From the IMG/VR virus record IMGVR_UViG_3300016657_000126, positions 132,898-196,897 of that record: a DNA stretch of 64,000 bases; one strand, 5' to 3'. The position numbers were made by a program, and so were the translations under genes. Shown piece after piece: positions 43,714 through 52,168 of the stretch. This stretch comes from a virus. The notes beneath the pieces are model-generated. The model worked only from the letters and a program-made list of their open reading frames with translations. It had not been told where the DNA came from and made no database searches. Each line of letters starts with the position of its first letter. Within the stretch, counting starts at the first letter, position 1.

Positions 43714-44519
43714 GACTGGATCTTGATTTGAGGCACAGGAAGCCGGTAGCGCGGATCCGACTTTGGCAGTAGCTGCACTTCCGCGCGATAGGCGATCGGG
43801 TAGACGCCCTTGAACGCGAACGGCACGACCTGGTCGCCGATGACGTAGCGTTCATCGGTGCGCGGCTGCACGATCAAGCACTCGTGTCGCGGGCGAGGAA
43901 ATGCCAGCAGCCGAACAACCCTGTTCACCGGTCCGCTCACTTTCCGCGTGCCGTCGTGCGCTGTGATTATCGATCCAATGTTCTCGAGGATCATGCGTGT
44001 CTGCACCGGCGGCTGGAAACCTCCGATGAAACGCTGACCGTAGCAGTCCTGGTCAGGCGGGACATCACGACAGTCGAACATCGCACCTTGCCCGGAGTGC
44101 GGATCGACACCGGGGCAAGGGCGGCCGCTGTAGAGCGGAAAGAACATCAGGATCGGAACCGCCTGATACTGCATCGTGCGCAGCTCTTCGCGGATCATCG
44201 CCGCGCACGCCGCCTTCTCCATGCGCGTCAGATCCTCGAATACTGCGACGGGAAGCGAGGCGAGTTTGTCTCCGTTCGCTTTGCGAAGAAGGAGTCGATA
44301 ATGGGGCGTCTCGTTGAAAGACTGAGGGCGATATGTCTCGTCGGTGAACGCACCCATCGCAGAAGGCACGGGAGCAGTCTCGTTGAGCAGTATCCACTCC
44401 CCGACGCCCGTGATGCTGCGGTAGACGAACACCTCGCCAGCCGCTCCGCCCGACAGCGCCCAAGACACGTGCATCTTGCGACCGCCGTAGTCGGGTTGAA
44501 CTCGGACGTCTTGCCACAT
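43710..44519 (-). CDS. Head closure/neck protein
   Basis: Start MWQDVRV; N-terminal VSW..VYRS Ig-like part, CP...C...CYGQRFIGGF; synteny. Confidence 0.55.
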   Translation of the reverse strand: MWQDVRVQPDYGGRKMHVSWALSGGAAGEVFVYRSITGVGEWILLNETAPVPSAMGAFTDETYRPQSFNETPHYRLLLRKANGDKLASLPVAVFEDLTRMEKAACAAMIREELRTMQYQAVPILMFFPLYSGRPCPGVDPHSGQGAMFDCRDVPPDQDCYGQRFIGGFQPPVQTRMILENIGSIITAHDGTRKVSGPVNRVVRLLAFPRPRHECLIVQPRTDERYVIGDQVVPFAFKGVYPIAYRAEVQLLPKSDPRYRLPVPQIKIQS

Positions 44520-44520
44520 G

Positions 44521-45003
44521 CTAGTAGTGTTTGAAAAAACCCATCCGGTTTTTGTATCGCTTCTGGTCGCTGGCGGCCTGCCTGAAATCAACCTCGTGCT
44601 TGGCACGGAGCGCCTCGACGTGCTTCAGGCGCCGCGCTACGATATTCGCCTGCACTCCGCCGGCGGAGTAGTCGATGTCCTGCTTCGAGAGCTTGCGGTA
44701 GAGCAGCGCATAGAGCTCGGCGGCGATCGCGTCGAAGAACACCATGGTGTTCGAGGGAAGATGATCCGGGCAGGCGGAGTCGATGAATGGCGGGATGCCG
44801 TTGTAGCGGCGCGCGGCATTGACCATCGCCAAAGTGATCTCTTCCGGCGAGAACTCCACATCCACCCCGGTGGTCGTCAGCTCGATGGCGTCGGACGTCA
44901 TGAAACTCCGCACCATCTCCGCGTCGATCGGGCGGTTCAGATCTGCGGCCGCGCTTTTCTGCGCAGCCGCCACGCGCGTCTCCCTGGGGGTGGGTTCGCT
45001 CAT
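44521..45003 (-). CDS. Head-tail adaptor
   Basis: Start MSEPTPRE; EFSPEEITLAM...YNGIPP...IDYSAGGV. Confidence 0.6.
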   Translation of the reverse strand: MSEPTPRETRVAAAQKSAAADLNRPIDAEMVRSFMTSDAIELTTTGVDVEFSPEEITLAMVNAARRYNGIPPFIDSACPDHLPSNTMVFFDAIAAELYALLYRKLSKQDIDYSAGGVQANIVARRLKHVEALRAKHEVDFRQAASDQKRYKNRMGFFKHY

Positions 45004-45005
45004 TT

Positions 45006-46166
45006 TCAGTTGTTCCATCCAGCGGGCATGAGCTGGAGGTTGGCGCGGTTGTTCTCGATGCCGCGGCGATACTCGAGCTCGCGGCGGCGCGCCACGAGGT
45101 CGGCCGCGCGCTGCTCGGCGCCGGAGACACGCGCCCACACGTTGTTGAGCAGTCCGCCGAAACTGCGGTCGTCGGCGCGTGCGAGCAGATTCTCCAGGGG
45201 CGCCTCGAGCTCGCGCTGACGCGCCAGCGCCTTGTTGATGGTGGCGAGACGGTCGGCGCCGGACTGGCGGGCGCGCGCTTGGTCGGTCTCGAAGCCGGAA
45301 AGGTCGCGCCCGACTGAGTCGGAAAGCTCGGCGTGGCGTTTCTGCAGCTCGCGCAGCTCGCGCGATTTCAGGCGGGCCTCGAGCGAGCCCGAGAGCCCGA
45401 TGCCCGATCGAGTCCTCGCCTGAATTTCCGCCATCTGCGACTCCAGGAGTTGGAGCTCCTGCTGCTTGCGCCGGAGGCCGGCGCCGGCGTCACCGATACC
45501 CACATTGGATCCGCTGGCGATCGACGACGGGTCGACGTAGGAAGGAAGGAAACCTTCGGCTGGCATGCGGGAATCGGAACGGAGCGCGCTGCTCGCCATT
45601 CCACCAAGACCGCCTACGGCGGCGCCGATACGACCACCGCCGATTCCGATTCCAAGACGCCCGGCTGCACCGCCCATGCCGGCGTAGGTGAGAGTGTCGC
45701 GCATCCAGTCAGGCATGGCCTCGGAGACCGGATTCTGCGTGCCGGCGAGGAGTCCGGTGCCAGCCATGCCTGCCGCCTCAAGCATGCTGCGCCCACTGAA
45801 GCGCCCGAGGCGTCCGTATCCGGCGAGACGCTTCGCGAAGCCGGAACTGACTGCTTTTGCGGCGGGAGCCTTCGCGGCGGCGGTGGCGGCCGTGGCGCCG
45901 GCGTGACCACCCAGCGAGCGGAGAAAAGCTTTGGATCCGTTCCAGCCGGCGCGCGCGAGCTGGCTCATCGGACTGGCCGACTTCACCACACTGCGCGCGC
46001 CTTCAAGCCCGGCGGCAGTGCGTGTGGTGACGAACAGCGGCGTTACTTGCTCCAACACCGCGCTGGCTTCCTTCTCGGTGAGCCCGCGGTTGTAGCATTC
46101 GGTTACGACGCCCTCGGCGAAGGCAAAAAACTTCTCCGCAGACTCTTTGGTGAGCACGATCTCCAT
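45006..46166 (-). CDS. Probable internal virion protein
   Basis: VKSAS motif, Gly-rich segments, C-terminal coiled coil. Confidence 0.6.
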   Translation of the reverse strand: MEIVLTKESAEKFFAFAEGVVTECYNRGLTEKEASAVLEQVTPLFVTTRTAAGLEGARSVVKSASPMSQLARAGWNGSKAFLRSLGGHAGATAATAAAKAPAAKAVSSGFAKRLAGYGRLGRFSGRSMLEAAGMAGTGLLAGTQNPVSEAMPDWMRDTLTYAGMGGAAGRLGIGIGGGRIGAAVGGLGGMASSALRSDSRMPAEGFLPSYVDPSSIASGSNVGIGDAGAGLRRKQQELQLLESQMAEIQARTRSGIGLSGSLEARLKSRELRELQKRHAELSDSVGRDLSGFETDQARARQSGADRLATINKALARQRELEAPLENLLARADDRSFGGLLNNVWARVSGAEQRAADLVARRRELEYRRGIENNRANLQLMPAGWNN

Positions 46167-46220
46167 GATGCGGGAGTGTGCAGCGGGCCGTTCCCGCAGG
46201 CAAGCCAGCCGCTGACGGCT

Positions 46221-46248
46221 AAAAAAAAAGACCCGCCGAAGCGGGTCT
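46221..46248 (-). terminator. Intrinsic terminator
   Basis: AGACCCGC-TTCG-GCGGGTCT then long T run. Confidence 0.85.
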
Positions 46249-46263
46249 CGTGGAGCGCGATGC

Positions 46264-46635
46264 TCAGGTCTGTTCGACGTTACTGCCCTGGCGTCGCGGC
46301 ACCGTGGTCAGAATCACGAACGCCGCGTAGCCGGCGACGCATATCCAGACCATCGGAGCGATGAACAGGCAGAGGGTCAGGAAGCCGCTGAGGAATACCC
46401 CCAGCACAACCGTGCCTGGCACGCGGAACCAGGCGGTGATTCGATGCCGTGGCGATCCGGGAACGGAGGGCGACAGGGCCTCGAGCACCGCGAGGATGAC
46501 TCCGACGCCGACCAAGGCCGACGTCACGATCATGGCCACATGCGGCGCCACGAGGAAGCCGAAGGTGACCGCACTGATGAGGACAGAAAGGACGATGACA
46601 GCGTTCATCATCCCGAATTTTTCGATGAGTTTCAT
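46264..46635 (-). CDS. Small membrane protein, about 4 TM helices
   Basis: From MKLIEKF; four hydrophobic stretches. Confidence 0.7.
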   Translation of the reverse strand: MKLIEKFGMMNAVIVLSVLISAVTFGFLVAPHVAMIVTSALVGVGVILAVLEALSPSVPGSPRHRITAWFRVPGTVVLGVFLSGFLTLCLFIAPMVWICVAGYAAFVILTTVPRRQGSNVEQT

Positions 46636-46670
46636 GTTGGTGGTGTGCCCGGAACCCCCGGGCGCGGAAC

Positions 46671-46916
46671 TTAGTTGGGCCAATCCTGACACCGCGTGAA
46701 GCGGTCGGCCAGGGCGTTGGCGCCGATGGATTTCGTTGCGATGGTGGGGCAGTCCGCGGGCTGGAGAACTCCAGCTTCCCGCGCGCGATCGATATACTGG
46801 ACCGTCGTCTCCGTGACGAGAGGCGGCAGAAGAAACGCGGCGGCGAGGTAGTCGTCGCGCTCCTTCTTCGGAAACCGCGCGGCGATACCGCACGGCGGAG
46901 TGGGCTTTGTGAGCAT
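46671..46916 (-). CDS. Hypothetical protein (81 aa)
   Basis: From MLTKPTPP; ATG abuts a terminator-like hairpin. Confidence 0.45.
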   Translation of the reverse strand: MLTKPTPPCGIAARFPKKERDDYLAAAFLLPPLVTETTVQYIDRAREAGVLQPADCPTIATKSIGANALADRFTRCQDWPN

Positions 46917-46917
46917 G

Positions 46918-46940
46918 AAAAAACGCGACCGAAGTCGCGT
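46918..46940 (-). terminator. Intrinsic terminator-like hairpin
   Basis: ACGCGAC-TTCG-GTCGCGT then TTTTT. Confidence 0.7.
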
Positions 46941-47078
46941 CTGAGTTTTGAGCGGCGGTGACGAGTGTTGTTGCACCCGGTTATCCGTGTCACCGCCGCT
47001 CACCGTGAATCTGCCGGCGCAGGCTGAATATCAGCGTTCCTATGCAAGCGTCCTTGGAGCGCCGCCGTAAGCGAAGAA

Positions 47079-47372
47079 TTAAACTCCGCGGCGTTTGCGA
47101 CGCTTGCGCTTTGCCGGCTTTGCGGCCGGCAAAGCGACCGGTGCGTCGGGTCCGAGACGATCCCGCAGGTCCTTCTCGGCCGACTCCAGTTCGTGAAGCC
47201 GCGCGGCGCAGCGCGACTCGATGAACCGGGCGACCGACTGCGGATCGTGCCGAATCACTTCTTCCCAGACGCTCTGCCTTTCCAGCAGAGCAATCTTCTC
47301 GTGCTGCAGCGCCAGGAGCAGGCGCGTCAGCTGAATCTTGGTCAGGTGGGGCTGGCGAACTAGGTTGTTCAT
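47079..47372 (-). CDS. Hypothetical protein with basic tail
   Basis: 97 aa, coiled coil, ends KRKRRKRRGV. Confidence 0.65.
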   Translation of the reverse strand: MNNLVRQPHLTKIQLTRLLLALQHEKIALLERQSVWEEVIRHDPQSVARFIESRCAARLHELESAEKDLRDRLGPDAPVALPAAKPAKRKRRKRRGV

Positions 47373-47666
47373 TTAGGCTTCGGCAGTCAGGAGCTGGTTG
47401 CGGTTGGCGTCGTCCAGAACGAGCGCATCGTTCTCGGCGTCGTAGGTGAACGTAACGCGAGTCGGTCCGCGCTCGGTTTGCACGAGCAGGGTGACGAGGT
47501 GTTTACGCGTCGTCTGCCCGAGAGCGAGATCGTAAGTATCGTCGCGCTCGAGCTTGATGACGCTGGTCTGGCGACCGGCCCAGGAGTAAGTCTCGCCCGA
47601 CACATAGTGGGCGAGGAGCTCGGACATCTTGGCCTTAACGGGAGTAGCAGGGAGGGTGGAGTTCAT
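47373..47666 (-). CDS. Hypothetical protein
   Basis: 97 aa, abuts the next gene. Confidence 0.65.
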   Translation of the reverse strand: MNSTLPATPVKAKMSELLAHYVSGETYSWAGRQTSVIKLERDDTYDLALGQTTRKHLVTLLVQTERGPTRVTFTYDAENDALVLDDANRNQLLTAEA

Positions 47667-47695
47667 GATGGGTGAGAGGTTGAGTGCGGCGCGGT

Positions 47696-48625
47696 TTATT
47701 CTGCAGAGGCGACGCGGCGGAGCGCGTCTTCAACAGCGATCTCGGCCAGCCGCAGCGCATCCTCCTTCGAGGCGGCGCCGCAGATGAACAGGTTCCTGTG
47801 CACGAACGTGGAGATCGGAGGCGGCTGAAGGATCCACGACGACGGAAGCGAAATCTTCACGGCGCCCTTGGTTTCGGACGGAACGGCCTGCACGCGCCAA
47901 GATCCATCGTCCGCCGGAAACACGGCGTAGAGGATGTCGGCTACGCGCGGACCACCGCGGCGAACAACGTGGATCCATGGACGGAACTCGTCCAGGCTCA
48001 GCACGCGACTGAGCGCCCCACGCTGTGTGGCTGCGCGCAGGCACGCCTGCCAGACCTCGGCGATGTGGTAGCGCTCGTGCTGCTCGCGCCGAAGCGCGCG
48101 CCACAGAACGCCACGAGCAAACTCGACAGCGGCCTTGAACTCGGCGTCGCGCGCTCCGGACATCTCGCCGTTCATGAGCGAGATTAGCTGGCTTATCGTG
48201 ACGCACGGAGTCTTCGGGAAGATGCCGTTGTCGGCCGCATCGATTCCAACAACTAGGCTGGATTCTATGCGCTCGTGGATCGGCGTCTTCAATTCGTCGG
48301 GCAGTTCGTCTGGCAGCGCGAGCTGGTAGTCTCGGCAGATCAGCTCCCCATACTCCAACCACACCAAGCCGAAGCTGGCGTAGGGAACGTGTGAGAAGCC
48401 GGACTTGGGGTCGCGCTGCCGCGCCACACCCTGGTGGTGATCAAAGCGTCGCTGGGTCGGAAAATACTCGCCGCCGACGTCGACTCGGAAACTGGCTGTG
48501 GAGAGCTTGGCCTCGTCGCGGGTGCGGATGATCTCGGCATCCGCCATACCCGGCAGCAGAGTCAGCGTGGCGACAGCGAATACATCGTCGGCGTGGAAGA
48601 TACCGTCGTGGGTAGCGATTTTCAT
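47696..48625 (-). CDS. MYG1/UPF0160 family DHH-type exonuclease
   Basis: IATHDGIFHADDVFA, VDVGGEY, RFDHHQ, ASFGLVW, IDAADNG, FVH...FI. Confidence 0.92.
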   Translation of the reverse strand: MKIATHDGIFHADDVFAVATLTLLPGMADAEIIRTRDEAKLSTASFRVDVGGEYFPTQRRFDHHQGVARQRDPKSGFSHVPYASFGLVWLEYGELICRDYQLALPDELPDELKTPIHERIESSLVVGIDAADNGIFPKTPCVTISQLISLMNGEMSGARDAEFKAAVEFARGVLWRALRREQHERYHIAEVWQACLRAATQRGALSRVLSLDEFRPWIHVVRRGGPRVADILYAVFPADDGSWRVQAVPSETKGAVKISLPSSWILQPPPISTFVHRNLFICGAASKEDALRLAEIAVEDALRRVASAE

Positions 48626-48639
48626 GGGACTATAATCTC

Positions 48640-48864
48640 ATGCGCGCGGTGGACACCGCGGCCCCTGGGTGGAGGACCCGACGCACTAGGGGCGTGCGCC
48701 GGGTAGTTCGTCGACGGGTCGATAAACCCGCCGCGTAACCAATTATTGCACGGCGCACTAACCGTCCGCATCTGGAGGTTTCTCCGGACGCGGACTCAGA
48801 CCGAGTGCGGGGAACGCACTCGGTTAAAATGAACAGCCGCCCACCGGAGAGGTAGTGGTTGCTC
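48640..48864 (-). ncRNA. Structured ncRNA or long 5' leader
   Basis: At least 5 hairpins directly downstream of promoter copy 2. Confidence 0.5.
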
Positions 48865-48898
48865 AGAGATATATGACACAAAACACCCCGCCGTTGCA
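48857..48898 (-). promoter_or_regulatory. Conserved extended -10 promoter, copy 2
   Basis: TGCAACGG-N6-GTTTTGTG-T-CATATA; matches 15874-15915. Confidence 0.65.
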
Positions 48899-48905
48899 GG
48901 GCACG

Positions 48906-48934
48906 AAAAAGCCCCTGGCGGCGAAGCCAGGGGC
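48906..48934 (-). terminator. Intrinsic terminator after major capsid gene
   Basis: GCCCCTGGC-TTCGCC-GCCAGGGGC then TTTTT. Confidence 0.85.
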
Positions 48935-48967
48935 GGAAATCAAAGCGCTATCTGCGCCAGAGTGTCC

Positions 48968-49927
48968 TTAGGGGACGAACTCGTAGCGGCGGATGGCGTT
49001 GACGTTGGCGAAGGTGAAGCCGACCTTCTCGACCGCCTGGAAGCGCACGAAGTCCTTCTCGCGCTTCACATACATGGTGATCGGCTGGAGGGTGTAGTGC
49101 TTGCCGAGATAATTCGGCGGAGCGAAGGTGAACACCTCGTTGTCGAGCACGAGCTCGTTCTTGATGGTCAGAACGTGGTCGATGCCGAACCAGCGGAACT
49201 TCTGCACGGCGCGGGTGCCGTCGGTGAGCATGCGCTCGGAGAGGTCGCCGCCGGCCTCGTCGCGGCCCATCTTGAGGAACTCGTTCGCGGTGCGCCGGTT
49301 CACGAGGGCCACGCCGTTGTTCAGCTTGGCGTCCTCGAGGCCGTTCTTCACCTCGACGTAGCTCTGACGGTTGATGGAGCCGGCGATGGAGAAGTTCTGG
49401 GGAACATTCGCCAGGCCGTTGCCGCCGATGTTGCCGACGGTGCGGCGCGCGGTGCGGACGAAACGGAAGTCCTTTTCCGTCTGCATGTCCTTGAGCGCGT
49501 TGTCGGTGGTGATCTTGCGATGGTCACCCTTCCAGTTCTTCAGGCGGTAGACATTCGCCACGAACTCGGGAGATTGGATCTCCGAGAAGGTGACGATGAA
49601 CTTCGAGCCTTCGAAGTAGTAGGTGTCGGGGGCGGTGCCGAAGGGCACGTTCACGGCGCCCGGGATGTCACCTTCCATCTCCTCGATGACTTGCGGGAAG
49701 TCGGTGTCGAGGACGTAGGCCATCTGGGAGTCGGGAACGGTCTCCGCGGGGAGGATCGCCTCGCAGAAGGAGTTTTCACGCAGGCGACGGCGAATGACGC
49801 GGTCGTTGGACGCGGAGGCCTCCTTGTTGTGGCGATGAAGTTGACCGCCCTCGGGGACATCGAGGACGGCGTCGCGATAGGAATCGGACGTGATGAAAGA
49901 ATCGTATTCGGTGGCGAGCTTATCCAT
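48968..49927 (-). CDS. Major capsid protein (HK97-type fold)
   Basis: 319 aa, strongly biased codons, last gene of the protease-scaffold-decoration operon with terminator; IRRRLRENSFCEAILP, LKDMQTEKD, EKVGFTFAN. Confidence 0.82.
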   Translation of the reverse strand: MDKLATEYDSFITSDSYRDAVLDVPEGGQLHRHNKEASASNDRVIRRRLRENSFCEAILPAETVPDSQMAYVLDTDFPQVIEEMEGDIPGAVNVPFGTAPDTYYFEGSKFIVTFSEIQSPEFVANVYRLKNWKGDHRKITTDNALKDMQTEKDFRFVRTARRTVGNIGGNGLANVPQNFSIAGSINRQSYVEVKNGLEDAKLNNGVALVNRRTANEFLKMGRDEAGGDLSERMLTDGTRAVQKFRWFGIDHVLTIKNELVLDNEVFTFAPPNYLGKHYTLQPITMYVKREKDFVRFQAVEKVGFTFANVNAIRRYEFVP

Positions 49928-49971
49928 GGTAGGAATTCCTGTTGTAGGTTTCGTTTTGGGTTAGCTCGGCG

Positions 49972-50493
49972 TTAGGCCAGGGGCACCGGGATATACGTCA
50001 GCTTGATGCGGAGCACCTTGCTGTTCGCAGGGATCGAGGTGTTGTTCGTGGCGGCGACGTCCTTCACGCCACCTTCGCAGTGACCCACGATCTGGGTGCC
50101 CGCGGTGGCGGCCTTGATGTCGCCGGTGGTGCCGTCGACGGTGACGGGGGTGCCTTCGGCGTAGGTGTCGGCGGCCTTGAAATAGGGGGTCTCGATGACG
50201 AGGTCCTCGCCCGGGTTGAAGGCGGCCAGCTTCTCGGCGTCGAGCACGTCGGTGTCCGTCGAGTCGCCGTAGGCGAAGTAGGGACGGCCCTTCGAGTTGA
50301 CGGCGTCGTAGCCGCGGATGAACTGGAGCGAGCCAGCGACATCGACGAGGGAGCAGACTTGGCCGGAGAGGATGGTCTCGCCGGACTTCACGGGTGCGGA
50401 GCGAATCAGGGACTTCGCGGTGTTCTGAGGATCGAACCCCTTGACGACCTGAATACGCGGTTTGTTGCGCTGGTAGGTGCCGGTGTTGGGCAT
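49972..50493 (-). CDS. Capsid decoration/cement protein
   Basis: 173 aa directly before the capsid gene; ETPYF..DTYAEGTPVTV...G.I...VGH pattern. Confidence 0.7.
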   Translation of the reverse strand: MPNTGTYQRNKPRIQVVKGFDPQNTAKSLIRSAPVKSGETILSGQVCSLVDVAGSLQFIRGYDAVNSKGRPYFAYGDSTDTDVLDAEKLAAFNPGEDLVIETPYFKAADTYAEGTPVTVDGTTGDIKAATAGTQIVGHCEGGVKDVAATNNTSIPANSKVLRIKLTYIPVPLA

Positions 50494-50520
50494 GGTATTG
50501 GGCGCTTGTTTTTGTTACCG

Positions 50521-50916
50521 TCAGTCGTAAGCCAGCTTGCGCTGGCCCTCGGAGGACGGCGTCTCCGACCCCGTGCGGGGGAACCCACGGCCGTCAGCCG
50601 GCATGTGGGAAAAGGTTTGGTCGAGTAGCTGCGTGGCGAACTTCACCAGCGCGTCAGGCGACTCGAGATAGAGATCGGCGGCGCGCTGGGCGGCGGCTTT
50701 CTCAAGCCCTCCGCGGTGCAGCGCGCGCACGAATGCGGCTTTCACATCCGCCGACGCCACCTTCAGGAGCTCGATCTGCGGCGACGGACGACGCTCGGCT
50801 TCCTTGCGGAGACGCGCGTTGTCTTGTTCGAGAGCGGTCAGCTCCCGAGCAAGGCCGTCGAGGACGTCGGCGACCTTGATGAGAGCTTCGCGAGGAACTT
50901 GAACCGTCGGGAGCAT
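50521..50916 (-). CDS. Small head-assembly protein
   Basis: 131 aa, coiled coil, KEAE/KVAS/KAAA/KFAT. Confidence 0.6.
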   Translation of the reverse strand: MLPTVQVPREALIKVADVLDGLARELTALEQDNARLRKEAERRPSPQIELLKVASADVKAAFVRALHRGGLEKAAAQRAADLYLESPDALVKFATQLLDQTFSHMPADGRGFPRTGSETPSSEGQRKLAYD

Positions 50917-50947
50917 AGCGCCTTGGGTGGCGGTGGTGGGACGCGGA

Positions 50948-52102
50948 TTACTTGGCGGTCGAGGCGGGCTTCTTCAGCTCGGTCTCGCGGCGGGAGGCGT
51001 ATTTGGTGATGGCGCGGGTGGCGAGGGCGGCAGCCTTCTCGGCGGGCGGCATCTTGGCGATCTCCTCGTCGGAGGGGCCCTCGGCGGGCGCGCCTTCGCC
51101 GCCGGCGGGGGCACCGCCCTGGGCGCCGAGCTCGGTGAGGATCTGCTGGGCCTCCTCGGCCGTGATCTCGCCGGACTCGACCATCTGCTGGATCAGCGCG
51201 ATGATCTCCTCGGGGTTGATCTGGGTGCCCTCAGAGCCGGGAAGCGCGCCAACGTCACCCTCGGCGCCGACCATCGCGCCGGCGTCGTCCACGCCCTGGG
51301 CGTAGGCGGCCTTGAGCAGCGGGTGGTTGAGCTGGGGGATGGCGTCGAGGCGGGCGAGGTGGGCCTCGGCGGCGGCCTTCTTCCAGGTGTCGTCGCGCTT
51401 GGTGGAAGCACGCTTCTCGATGGAGTGACAGAGGACCTCGACGAAGAGACCGTGCGCTTCTTGGGCGGCGGCGAGCTTCACGAGCTGCTCCTGCTCGACG
51501 GCGTGGGCCTCGGCGGCGGACTTGAGGAGATCGCGGGCGACTTCCTGACCGAGGCGGCGCTCGAGGTGGGAGGCGAGCAAGGCGCGACCCTCTTCAGTAG
51601 CGGCGAGCTCGGAGGCGATCTTGACGTAAATCTGATCGATGCCCGCGGGGGCGTCGGTGGCGGCGCCGGCGGGGGCGGCCGCGGACTTGGGCGAGGCGGG
51701 CGCGGCAGCAGCCGCGGGGGCCGGGGCGGCAGCAGCAGGAGCCGCGGCGGACTTGGAGTGGTCGGCGGAGGCCAGATGACGGAGGGAGGCGCCGAGACCC
51801 GCGAGGGCGCCGGCGGTCTTCTCGCTACCGGCCTGGACGGTCTTGGCGGGAGAAGGAGCGTTCTCGCCCGCACCACCCGGCTTACCCGCGGCGTTGCCGG
51901 GGATGTCGGTGCCGTTGTCCTTGTTCACAGGCTTCTGCTGCGAAGGAAGGCCGGTCTTGGAGGGGTCGTCGCCGTCCGGGTGAGCCGGGGGCGTGACGGT
52001 GCCAGCGTTGGTCGGATCCTTCTCAGGAACCGCGCTGGCGGCTTTGGACTGTTGAGCCTGCGCAAGGCTGAGGACGGATTTGGCGACGCTAGTCACATTC
52101 AT
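50948..52102 (-). CDS. Scaffold/core protein
   Basis: Ala-rich, low complexity, more than 10 K-x-A motifs, between protease and capsid genes. Confidence 0.65.
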   Translation of the reverse strand: MNVTSVAKSVLSLAQAQQSKAASAVPEKDPTNAGTVTPPAHPDGDDPSKTGLPSQQKPVNKDNGTDIPGNAAGKPGGAGENAPSPAKTVQAGSEKTAGALAGLGASLRHLASADHSKSAAAPAAAAPAPAAAAAPASPKSAAAPAGAATDAPAGIDQIYVKIASELAATEEGRALLASHLERRLGQEVARDLLKSAAEAHAVEQEQLVKLAAAQEAHGLFVEVLCHSIEKRASTKRDDTWKKAAAEAHLARLDAIPQLNHPLLKAAYAQGVDDAGAMVGAEGDVGALPGSEGTQINPEEIIALIQQMVESGEITAEEAQQILTELGAQGGAPAGGEGAPAEGPSDEEIAKMPPAEKAAALATRAITKYASRRETELKKPASTAK

Positions 52103-52168
52103 GTTGGTGTGGGTGAACTATTTTTTGTGAGATAGATCTGAGAGACGTTAGTAAATCTAAACCAGTTT

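Noticed and set aside
18376-45003. Bacterial tailocin, eCIS or T6SS interpretation
   Set aside because: Capsid, protease, terminase and replication genes are present, so this is a complete-type phage.
46264-46635. Holin call for the 4-TM protein
   Set aside because: No adjacent endolysin or spanin, and it lies in the accessory island.
46918-48864. tRNA genes in the structured gaps
   Set aside because: No cloverleaf with a TTCRA T-loop and acceptor stem found.
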